DNA of 58,901 nt, counting the filler, from Sanchytrium tribonematis (lineage: Eukaryota), in assembly GCA_018985235.1 (NCBI GenBank). It is 8 parts of 8 records of this genome, joined end to end, with 100 filler letters (N's around TTAATTAATTAA, not from the genome) between each part and the next. Parts side by side here need not be neighbours in the genome. Positions count along the whole stretch, not along the records: positions 44,306 to 51,563 come from JADGIG010000450.1; positions 51,664 to 58,901 come from JADGIG010000452.1; 6 more parts are not named here. One strand, given 5' to 3'. This document shows, piece after piece, positions 49,002-58,901 of the stretch (the stretch's first letter is position 1; each line of letters opens with the position of its first letter). The notes below the pieces were generated by a model. The model was not told the origin of the DNA, searched no databases, and saw only the letters and a list, made by a program, of their open reading frames with translations. The translations under genes were made by a program, and so were the position numbers.

Positions 49002-49608
49002 ATGCATCAAAATCTCAAAATCATATTAATTGGAGATACTGCATGTGGTAAATCCAAACTACTTCAACGATTTATTAAAAATGAATATGTAGCATTCAAT
49101 TCTAGCACACATGGATTATCATTATTTCAATATAAATATCCATTTACTCAAAATCATCCGTATAAAATAGACAATCACATTGAAATATCCTTTTATGATA
49201 CAGCTGGACAAGATAGATTTCAATCTGTGCATCCATCGTATTATTATGGAGCACATTGCGCGATTATGATCTTTGATTTGGGTAGAAAATCAACTTATAA
49301 GCATTTATCAGAGAATTGGTATCAAGAATTGCAACAATATAGGCCACATATACCCATTATAGTCATTGGAAATAAAATAGATGAGAATCCGGAGATGAAA
49401 TCAAAATCATTTTTATTTGCAAAAGATAAAATATTGTATTTAACGAGTGCCAAGTAATTTATATTCATATAGAGATGGAATCAATGTGGTAGCTGCATTT
49501 GAAAAAGCCATAGAATTGGGATTAGAGTATATATTACAAGTTGAAAATGATGAAAAAGATGATTTGATGAATTTGTTGAATGATCCACTCATATTTCAAA
49601 AGATGTGA
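49002..49608 (+). CDS. RABL2: Rab-like GTPase RABL2; 19-nt intron at 49454-49472
   Basis: GDTACGKSKLL, DTAGQDRFQSVHPSYYYGAH, NKID; splicing restores G5 TSAKDGINVVAAFEKAI; no CAAX, typical of RABL2. Confidence 0.85.
49454..49472 (+). other. 19-nt GT-AG intron
   Basis: GTAATTTATATTCATATAG splits the conserved SAK-DG.NV motif. Confidence 0.9.
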
Positions 49609-49881
49609 ATAAATTTATTTATACAATTTGATCCTGCCAATTCATCCAGTCTTGATATTCTTGGTATTCATTCATCACTGGAGAATTCATTTTGATGTCA
49701 AGAGAGGTTTGTGCTGTTTAAATCGATTTCACTAAATGAATTGCTTCCAATCAAGCTGTCTGATAATGGTTGCAAGTGGTCACGGATCCATACCACCCAC
49801 GTCATTCACAAATGACAATTTGATGGCACAAATAAACAGTCATGAAATTGAAATTGGAGTCAAAGGAGAAAACTTTGCAAA

Positions 49882-50535
49882 ATGACCACCAATGATTTCT
49901 ATGAAAAAGCATCATTATACTGGTCAAAGGTAGAAGCAAATGATGATGGCATGTTGGGTGGGCTATCCCATGTCTCTGATATTGATATCAAAGCATCCAA
50001 ACAATTCTTGCTAGATTTAAAGCCAAAATTCAATTTTACAAATCAAATCTGCTTAGATTGCGGTGCTGGAATTGGCAGAGTCACCAAACATCTACTATCC
50101 AAGCAATTCAATACAATAGATTTAGTAGAATCCAATGAGAAATTCCTTTATCACGCTAAAAGTGTGAATTTAAAAGGACTAAATATCAGTGAATATTTCT
50201 GTAGTTCCCTTCACGTCTTTCAATTTACAAAAAAGTACGATTGTATATGGATTCAATGGGTCTCTTCCCAATTATTTAATGAAGATTTCATCTCTTTTCT
50301 CCAAAAATGTCAAAATGCATTATCTCAAGATGGCATTATTATCGTCAAAGAAAACATTTTAAGGAATGGAGGAGAAGAAGATATTGTCATGGATGATGTA
50401 GATTACTCATTTACTAGAACAGACGCGGGATTCAAGAAATTATTTGAAAGAGCCAATTTGGTGCTCATTCATGAAGAAATTCAACAAAATTGGCCACAGC
50501 ATTTATTTCCTGTTAAAATGTATTGCTTAAAATAA
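49882..50535 (+). CDS. NTM1: Alpha-N-terminal protein methyltransferase NTM1/Tae1
   Basis: YW....DGMLGG, LDCGAGIGRVTKHLL, YDCIWIQW, VKEN, D.S.TR, LFPVKMY. Confidence 0.93.
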   Translation: MTTNDFYEKASLYWSKVEANDDGMLGGLSHVSDIDIKASKQFLLDLKPKFNFTNQICLDCGAGIGRVTKHLLSKQFNTIDLVESNEKFLYHAKSVNLKGLNISEYFCSSLHVFQFTKKYDCIWIQWVSSQLFNEDFISFLQKCQNALSQDGIIIVKENILRNGGEEDIVMDDVDYSFTRTDAGFKKLFERANLVLIHEEIQQNWPQHLFPVKMYCLK

Positions 50536-50581
50536 ATGGAGAGTCTATTTACAAGCAGCACCTAATTACTTTGTCAAAGCA

Positions 50582-51538
50582 ATGACTTCTGAGCATTCTC
50601 CAGGAAAAGAAATTCTGGGAATGTTTTTACTTTTATTGGCTTCTCTAAGTATCTCAGCATCAGCAGCACTAGTCAAATTGGCATATAAAAGTATGACTGT
50701 ATTTGAAATTATATTTTATCAATCTCTGGGTCAATTCATTTTAGCGTGTTTGGGATGCTTTATTTTAAAAATAAATCCATCTGCCAATCAAGTGATGTTG
50801 CAACTACTTGGTGGATTATTTGGTGCTGGTACATTTATATTGGGTTTCTGGGGCACTGTGAATATGGAATTATCAGATGGGACTATTTTGAAGTTTAGTG
50901 CGCCATTATTGACCATGTTGATGGCCAAATTATATTTAAAAGAGGAGATTAGTTGGTTTAAACGCATTGGAATGCTCATTGGATTTATTGGTGTATTATT
51001 AACAGCACGGCCATCTTTTCTATTTTCTCCAATCGACAATCATTTATATCCAAATCGCAATTGGGCCATTTTATCTGTTTTAGGTGCTTCTATTTGTTTG
51101 GCTTGTTCCACCATCATCACCAAACAAATAGCCCATCAAGTTCACTACTTTTCACTCATGTTTTTCTTATCTACATGGTATTTATTCATTTCCATTTTAC
51201 TCAAATTTTCAGAATCCAATAATTTCCAATTCCAAGGCATTTCACTCGTCATTTTACTCACTATTGGATTTTTTTGTGGTCAAGTATTTGGATTTATTGG
51301 TATTTCACATGTCCCTGCTACGGTCACCACATTAATCAAAAATATGGATACATTTTTTGGTGTTATATTTGGAATTGTCATTTTTAAAGAATCTTTACAA
51401 TGGAATACAATTGTGGGATGTATTTTAGTATTCATTGTGACTATTTTATTAGTCATTGAGAATATTTACCAGACTAGAGTAGATAAAGAACGAGAAAGAG
51501 AAAATAGCAACAAAACAGTCTTGAATGAAACATTTTGA
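50582..51538 (+). CDS. EamA/DMT-family transporter
   Basis: About 10 TM helices; F.APLLT.L.A..YLKE, IGVLL.ARP.FLF, IFKE....TIVG. Confidence 0.85.
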   Translation: MTSEHSPGKEILGMFLLLLASLSISASAALVKLAYKSMTVFEIIFYQSLGQFILACLGCFILKINPSANQVMLQLLGGLFGAGTFILGFWGTVNMELSDGTILKFSAPLLTMLMAKLYLKEEISWFKRIGMLIGFIGVLLTARPSFLFSPIDNHLYPNRNWAILSVLGASICLACSTIITKQIAHQVHYFSLMFFLSTWYLFISILLKFSESNNFQFQGISLVILLTIGFFCGQVFGFIGISHVPATVTTLIKNMDTFFGVIFGIVIFKESLQWNTIVGCILVFIVTILLVIENIYQTRVDKERERENSNKTVLNETF

Positions 51539-51923
51539 ATAAAATAGATACAGATTGAGCACTNNNNNNNNNNNNNNNNNNNNNNNNNNNNNNNNNNNNN
51601 NNNNNNNTTAATTAATTAANNNNNNNNNNNNNNNNNNNNNNNNNNNNNNNNNNNNNNNNNNNNGTACTGATTAAAACACCATGGACAGCAAGTATAAAAG
51701 CTCGTAATAGTATGAGTAGAAATAGTAGAGGTGGTAAGCATGTAATGACCTTTTAAAATAAATTTGATTCAAAAATATTTGAAGTCCTAAACAACCGAAG
51801 AAACCGAGTCTAATATTCAAAGCATTTTAAAGAAATGGTGTTTATTTTTATCAAATCAGCTTGCAAGCTTATATTCCCTATGAACCATAATAATCAGTTT
51901 CTTTAAAGAATAAAGAATCTCAA

Positions 51924-53299
51924 TTATTTCTTTGCATCACAATCGATGGGTACATAATCTTCTATTTTCTGTTCTTTGATCTTTAGTTTACCATTTAATT
52001 TTGCGGTCCACGGTGCTTCTATATAGATATTTACAAAATGTGAGACGACCATGCTAAACAATACGGTAAACATGACTTGCGAATCATTGCTGAACATAAA
52101 CTTTTCATTATTGTACCCGTAAATTAACAAAATAATCGGATAGTGCATTAAATACAAAGCAAAACTAATTCTTCCTAAATGCCTGCAAATAAAATTACCG
52201 AATACACGAGTCATTAAAAAGGATTGCTGCAGAATGATCATAAACTTGACCATAAAATGCGCCACTTTAATTTGAGTCTGTGGATTTTCCATATCTAAAA
52301 TTTGATTGACATAAAATGCATTGGGAAATTGTGTCAATTCATGAACAGCCCAAATATCAAATAGAATTCGAATGGGGATGTACGTAATTTTGATCCATCT
52401 AGTTAGTTTGCCAGCTATACAGCCTATAAAAAAGTAATATAAAAATGGAAATGTTTTGGAATGGTCAAAAATAGCAAGATATCCGTAATGCGCAAATATT
52501 TCAAATACAAATAGACTCATGTACACAGGAAGTGAGTAAATGCATAGGAACATGAGCAAATTGAGTGCCAATTCAGTAGATAAAGACCAAGTTGGGACAT
52601 TGCACAAATCTAAGAGGGGACCTAGCCCATCCGTGTAGTTGTACCACATATGGGTCAAAGAGAAGCATTTAAAAAGGCCATTTCCAATTTTATCCTTCCA
52701 ATAAATTGCCCTGTGTCCATCAGAGATGAAATAAACCAATGCATAAAACCAGAATATCAAGGTAAACCAATGAAGCGGATAAAAGCGGATGCATCTGCCT
52801 ACAACTAATTTATAGAGATTTTTGGATCTTGAGGGTGTCCAATAAACATGACTAAGTACATAGCCACTTAAAACTACAAATATGACAACCATGTGGATTC
52901 CACTCTGTTTCGTATAATAAAATAAATGATCAGGATCATCTTTCACTTTGTTGTATTCTTTGGAATAATAATGGGAGCTGTTGTAATGATGAATGACAAC
53001 CCAAATAGCTGCCAATCCTCTGATTCCATCCAAGTGATGAAATCTATTGGAAAATGAAAATTTTAAATAAGGTGGGATTTTGCTATTGATTTTGTTACTA
53101 ATTTTTTTAAGTTTGATGTTTTCAATCCAGTCATTTAATCGCAGTTCATTTTGGTATTCATTCATGAACCATCCAATTTTACCAATTGTTAAGTAGAGGA
53201 TTGTAAATATAGAAAAGTCCCATCTATTTAGGTACTTTACACTTAAACAAAGCGTAGTGGTCAAGGATATAAACTTAAATATATTTGCTCCAGAGATCA
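51924..53299 (-). CDS. Acyltransferase-3 (OafA/YrhL-like) membrane O-acyltransferase
   Basis: LDGIRGLAAIWVVIHH, IFVVLSGYVL, R.IRFYP, PTWSLSTE, LGRISFALYLMHYP. Confidence 0.9.
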
Positions 53300-53841
53300 T
53301 TTCAAAAAACAATTAAGTTTCGTGTCAGAATAGGTCATGTGAGTAGAGATGTTCTTCCCGAAATGAATATAAAGCTCTAATTAACAATCAAACAGAATCG
53401 CTCGACGAAAAAAGTTTTGAGGGGATGCCATTAAAATTAAGCTAGGATATGAAATCTTATTAATTGATTATACATGAACTGATGACACTCGTGAAAGATA
53501 GTTATCAAATACTTAAAGACACTATAGCACTTATCAATCTAGAAAATTTAAATCGAGACGTTTATTGTCACATTCTTGCATCACTTCAATAAAAATGAAG
53601 AAATTCCATGTTTCAAAAAAGTTCTGGACACGTGTCTCATGACAATTGTCTGTTTTTTGTTAAATTCTGAAGCGTAGTCATGTACTATCCTAGGACAGCT
53701 CTGTGGCTATTTCAATAAAATTTTATTTGGCAGTTTAAATCGAATTGTTGGAAGACAATATCATTATTTAGGTTTGGAAAATTATTCAACATGTTTCAAG
53801 ATGTTTTCATAAAGATTATGTTTTTTTAAAAAGGGTGAAAC

Positions 53842-55332
53842 ATGAGTCAGAAAATGATATCTGTGCAGCGACTAGACGATACTTGCTGTTATCTTCTTAT
53901 CGATCCTTTTATTCGACACGCTTGTTTAAAATCAGCCAGTTATCCATTTCATGACTTTAAAATATTAAAAAATAGGAAAATGAGTAAGAAAATCATGGAG
54001 AATGTTTTTAAAAATTTAGACAATTTAATTATTGAAAACGCAGATGATTATACAGAACTAAAATCATTAAGTAATGGAGTGTACACTAGTCTAAAAGAAT
54101 ATTTTTTAATTCATGGAGTCAATGAATTAGATTTTGATCAATTTTCGACCATATTTACACAGTATGCAATGATTCACACAAAAAATGTGGGTTATAATAT
54201 TATAAATACGGATCAATTAATGAATGAAAAAGACAATACTCAAGAGTGGCAAGTCAGTGTTGTTGCGAACAAATCTTATTCTCCAGATGAGGAAATTAAA
54301 TTACAAGGATACGTGTTTGATATATCACTGTCTGAAACTTATGATTTACAAGAAACAGGAAAAGATTATAGTGTAATATCACTAAACAAAAATACAAAAA
54401 GTTTACTTTTAGGTCCAATTCGATTTATCAACCACGATTGTAATCCAAATTGTAAGTTTAGTCGAACTGGAAACAATACAATTGGATTAAAGGCAATAGC
54501 AGATATACGATCCGGTGAAGAGTTTTATGTTAATTTTTCAGAGTTTTATTTTATTGGAGAAGATTGTTTTTGCAATACATGCAATGCTTTGAAAGGAAAG
54601 GAGACATGTAACCAAATTTATTTGAATCGAGAATTTCTTTTAAATCATGATATTCCAAAATATTTTTTTAAATCCAATGAAGATGATGATATTTCAATAC
54701 GTAGCTACGAAAATTTTAAAAAAAGACACCAAGATACATTTACGATTGACACCAGCTGTGCAAGAATTGTCAAGTTTTTAGAGGATCTACAAGATGTTAC
54801 AAATGATGACTATTTTGTATATAACAAAATTATTGGTTTCCGAGATCGCAATCATAAAAGAAATTATCTTCCTAGTTTACACGATGATCCAATTAAAAAA
54901 GCAAATTGCGAAGACATGCAGAAATACTGTGTACCTTACAAATCAATTCTGCGAATGTTAAAAGTTCACAGAATGAATGTATTTTGGGTTGAAGCAATTG
55001 TCGGAAAAGGGGGTAAAAAGAATGAAGAAGGAAGAAGCGAGAGCCATGCTGTTATTTTAATGATCCAGCATGATAAAAATGAGATGAATGTAACTATATT
55101 TGATCCTAATAAGCACGCATTTGAAGCTAAGCAGCAATTGCTAAATTCATTGACTCCAAGTTCCCTGAAATCATTTATATTAAACCATTTAATTCGAAAT
55201 TATCGAACTAAGACTGTTAATGTACGTGTTAAGCTTGGTATTGAAGAATTTGAATATAAATGTCGGAATCATTGCAAATTATATTTATTTTACGGAAACA
55301 AAAATGCGAAGAAAAGATTGGATTTGAACTAG
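53842..55332 (+). CDS. Set9/SUV4-20-like SET-domain protein with an extra C-terminal domain
   Basis: N-terminal LDD...LLID, DYSVI, LLLGPIRFINHDCNPNCKF, DI.SGEE, post-SET CFCNTC. Confidence 0.8.
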   Translation: MSQKMISVQRLDDTCCYLLIDPFIRHACLKSASYPFHDFKILKNRKMSKKIMENVFKNLDNLIIENADDYTELKSLSNGVYTSLKEYFLIHGVNELDFDQFSTIFTQYAMIHTKNVGYNIINTDQLMNEKDNTQEWQVSVVANKSYSPDEEIKLQGYVFDISLSETYDLQETGKDYSVISLNKNTKSLLLGPIRFINHDCNPNCKFSRTGNNTIGLKAIADIRSGEEFYVNFSEFYFIGEDCFCNTCNALKGKETCNQIYLNREFLLNHDIPKYFFKSNEDDDISIRSYENFKKRHQDTFTIDTSCARIVKFLEDLQDVTNDDYFVYNKIIGFRDRNHKRNYLPSLHDDPIKKANCEDMQKYCVPYKSILRMLKVHRMNVFWVEAIVGKGGKKNEEGRSESHAVILMIQHDKNEMNVTIFDPNKHAFEAKQQLLNSLTPSSLKSFILNHLIRNYRTKTVNVRVKLGIEEFEYKCRNHCKLYLFYGNKNAKKRLDLN

Positions 55333-55517
55333 CTGAATAAATAGTTCTTTCTTTATTTTAAATAATTAGTCTTGAAAATATATGTAATAATGTGGATTTT
55401 ATTTGAATTTTAAATGACTCCGGGAATTTATTTGGATAAAAAAGTAGCTCCGGTTGTCAAAAGTGATAAATTAGATATTATTAGATAATACACAGTTAAT
55501 TTAATTCTTTAATTTGT

Positions 55518-55860
55518 AAATCAAAAATGCGCGCATATAATTTAATTGAGTTTTAAAAATTAAAGTTTTAAGGGATAATAATTTAAGGGTATAAACGTAA
55601 TTCCGATTGTTAAATGTGATTAAATAAATATTAATAGATAGTAAACAGTTTATTTAATTACTTATTTTTGAAATCAAAAATGCACGCACATGATTTAATT
55701 GAGTTTTAACAATGAAACTTTTAAGGGATAGTAATTTAAGGGTATAAACGTAATTCCGATTGTTAAATGTGATTAAATAAATATTAGTAGATAGTAAACA
55801 GTTTGTTTAATTACTTATTTTTGAAATCAAAAATGCACGCACATGATTTAATTGAGTTTA
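55518..55860. repeat. 153-bp tandem repeat (about 2.2 copies)
   Basis: Units start at 55518, 55671 and 55824 with AAATCAAAAATGC(G/A)CGCA. Confidence 0.92.
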
Positions 55861-55889
55861 AAATAATCATATGTACTTTTACTTGACTT

Positions 55890-57545
55890 TCAAATTCTTG
55901 AGTTATTTTGAGGTCTCGTGAATATATAACGGATTTGCTGATATGTGTAATATCCATTATAACCATTTTCAGTTGGTAAAAATTGTATATTATTTTCTGA
56001 TCTTACTCTTGATAGTGCGACATAAAGTAATTGCGGCTGCCAGAAGTTTTCAATTCCGCCGACCAAAAGTGACTGTATTGTCATTCCTTGTACTTAATGG
56101 TTTGTCAATGCATAAGCTAAACAAACTGGGAATTGTACCAGTCTAATACTATCATGTATTTCAACATGCGTACGTAGTTCTATTTCAGTAGTAGTGTTTC
56201 CTGTAATGAAATCAACCACGATACTGGGTTCTGGTCGCAAATTGATTTGTTTTAGCACTCCCAAAGACCCATTTACTAGACCTTCTTCGACATTTAGATT
56301 CACGAGAAGCATAATTTGGGCTCCTTCACATAATCGTAAGATTGGATGGAATCTAAAGCCTCGTCGGACTGTGTCATCTACATTTTCATTGTAAAATGAA
56401 TTTGCGTTGTTTCTTTCCTGATCAAATGAAAACTCTAGTCGATTTTCATTGTGTCTTTCACATTGGACATTCAGTCCGTATATATATGGTTTTTTTTAAA
56501 TGAATTGTATGTAACTCTTTCATTTATAAATTGGCAAATCATACTGATTCTATAAAATTCATCGGGTGTATAAAAATCATTGATAAGATTTAATAAATGA
56601 GATGACTCGCTACGATGATTTGTACCCATAATAATTGGATAAAATGAGAAAAATAAGACGAAAATTGAATTGGAGAACCTTCAACGGGTGGCAATTGATT
56701 ACTGTCACCGTATAAAATTATTTTTTTATGCTGGAAAAGTTTGACGTTCCAGTGCCTGGGCCTCTTTGAATTATAAACAACTTATCATTACTGTTTAAAA
56801 TTCTATTGTAAGCATAATATTGATGACGAGAAAATTGTGATATAGGCAAAAAATTATTATTCGAAACATGCAAATTATACATTGCTCTGATTTCTGTTGT
56901 TAAACTTATATCTACATCGTTAAATATTTCAATATTATCGCCATCTATTCGTCTTATATTCTCATTAAGCGTTATTACTCCCTGAAAATGATCTGCACAA
57001 AACTGGCGAAAATCATCGATTGATACCAATAAACTATTTACATTTCTATATGTAGAATAACACATAATCAATTGCTTAAAGTAAAGATCACCATATGACG
57101 GTTCATAATATGGATATACCCTCACTACTCTATGTTTGTTAAGCTTTTTCCACTTATTACCATCATTATCTAAATATGTTGGAGATGATCCATTATAATT
57201 TCTTGCACATTTTTCATATTGGCTAAAATATTGCAAAATGTTCAGACACTCGGCCTGTTCAAATCTTTTAATGTAATTATCAATAGCATTTTTGTAAAAT
57301 ATATCTGCACTTTCAGCACTCAGTTGTTGTATATGAGTCAGAGGTCTCAACTGTCTCTGATCTATTAATGTTGAACAATAAGGAATTCGAACAATTTTAG
57401 TGTCAAATGCCGTAATTGGTTGCATACTTAAAAGATGGGAAATCTCATGAACTGTAAAATTTCTAGTTTCAAGATAACGCGTAACTTCATTACGTACATC
57501 AGAGACCACATGGAAAGGTTCTTCTTTTGTGCAATACTTTGTGAT
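55890..57545 (-). mobile_element. Second, decayed Helitron-like RepHel copy (3' half; frameshifts, internal deletion)
   Basis: ITKYCTKEEPF..RYLETRNFTVHEI, GPGTG, GDSNQLPPV, GLVNGSLG, QFPVCLAYA, FWQPQLLYVALSRV; clearly homologous to 17545-21518. Confidence 0.9.
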
Positions 57546-57624
57546 CGGATACAAATAATCTCCAATCAGGTCATGCTCCTTAAGTTTGGGCATTTCCCCC
57601 CTTAAAATTTCGTTAAATGACCAA

Positions 57625-58901
57625 GAGGTCATAATGACCTGTAATCACGAGGAATAAATAAAGAGCACTCATACTCCCAATGCCAAGGATATAAATGCTT
57701 ACCGCACAATGGAGCATGACACTTTACACAAGCTTTGTAGGTTTTATTTATACAACCGGGGTAGAGACACAAGGGTCTTTCGGACACTGATGCTATACCC
57801 TTAATGGGAACTATCCAATGCCCATAACTATATTAATAAACATTACTCTTCCTTTAAGAATCTTGGCATTCTTATGCCATTTACTCTATTATTTGGAATC
57901 ACATCTTCCGGTTTTAGCAGTAAATTGGTCCAGTCAGTCATTATGCTCAACATGGGTTGTTCGAGTCTCTCAGTTACACTCAAATTTGCATCAAGAACAT
58001 TGTTGTTTGAATCGGCTTGTTCTTCATTTGGTTTGCAAATTAATTCATTACATAAAATCTCTCTGAAATCCCCATGCGACAAAATAGGTAGTTGATACTC
58101 TTGTCGATACATTTTATACAATAAATAAGCATTGACAACTATTAAATTCAGAAAGTAATAATGCGCAGCGAATTGCCAACTTGAGGTTTTACGACGAAAT
58201 TGATAGTTCGCCAATAAGCGGTCAACAATATCCACGGATCCCATCGTATTATTAAAATGCTTGGCTATTAATGGCTGCTGTCTAAATAATATTCTAGACT
58301 GTCGATTTAATCCAAATGTTGCTAATTGGCTCAAATTAAATTTAGCCACATGCATAATAGTGGAATCCACTTGCAGTAGTGGATGTGTGGTAATCATCTG
58401 AAATTCTACAATATCTTTTACTCTAAACACACTGTAATCCCAATCCATTTCTGTGTATCTTATAAATGGTAAATGTACAACTTGTAATGCAGTATCGACA
58501 CCATATCTTAAATTATCTAGTCCCGGTACCACTCCAACAGGTATTCTATTTTTACGGATTGTTCCAACATAATACAATTTGTAATTGTTTAGTAGCATAT
58601 TAGCCAATGAGACACTGGAATAATAATTATCCGCTGAAACTACTGATAATCTAGGCAGTGGACAGTTGTCGATCATTTTGTAAATATCTGATCACAGAAA
58701 TCAGATGGATTTGCCAACCCACGGTCTTTATTGTCAAGAATTAGCGAAACACAATAATTGCAATGAGAACAACACATCATGAAAAATCGATAGCCCAAAT
58801 TGATTGGCTTTGATTTCATCTTTTTAGTAAAACTACTGGAACATTTACAACACCCCATAGACTCATCTATGGCATACTCATCGCCTAAATTGATGTGCTT
58901 T
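57625..58901 (-). mobile_element. PiggyBac transposase (frameshift near 58675; 19-nt intron at 57828-57846; runs off window)
   Basis: AIDESM, KSKP..LG, ADNYYSS, GTIRKNR, FN.TMGSVDIVD; after splicing, the Cys-rich tail PLCLYPGCINKTYKACVKCHAPLCGKH. Confidence 0.9.
57828..57846 (-). other. 19-nt GT-AG intron in PiggyBac transposase
   Basis: GTAATGTTTATTAATATAG; removal links the DDD core to the C-terminal Cys-rich domain. Confidence 0.8.

Noticed and set aside
7297..51663. Regularly spaced TTAATTAATTAA repeats about every 7.3 kb
   Set aside because: Artificial linkers embedded in N runs; gene adjacency across them is meaningless, and ORF tails such as X...LIN are artefacts
55518..55860. CRISPR-like array
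   Set aside because: Head-to-tail 153-bp units without unique spacers, in eukaryotic context with no cas genes

Overview
AT-rich, gene-dense eukaryotic DNA. It is not one locus: eight unrelated contigs of about 7.2-7.3 kb, sorted by decreasing length, are joined by artificial 100-nt linkers (N44-TTAATTAATTAA-N44). Gene content (RABL2, Blm10, TPS, Lag1-type ceramide synthase, tyrosinase, PX-PH-RhoGAP, NTM1) is most compatible with a compact-genome, flagellated early-diverging fungus or a relative; this is inference. About half of the window is TE-derived (hAT, Ty3/Gypsy, LINE, Tc1, PiggyBac, two Helitron-like RepHel copies). The strongest signal is a system of ultra-short spliceosomal introns: five frame-restoring GT-AG introns of exactly 19 nt, plus candidates of 20 and 22 nt. 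All have an A exactly 6 nt from the 3' end. These go with AATAAA signals at the stop codon, CCC motifs just before ATG and very short signal peptides. Other highlights are a Helitron-like RepHel preceded by a bacterial/phage-type SSB gene, a Set9-like SET protein fused to a protease-like domain beside the second RepHel, a LINE with an in-frame TAG plus hairpin and a Gly-Gly motif before its endonuclease, and two unknown families of secreted proteins.
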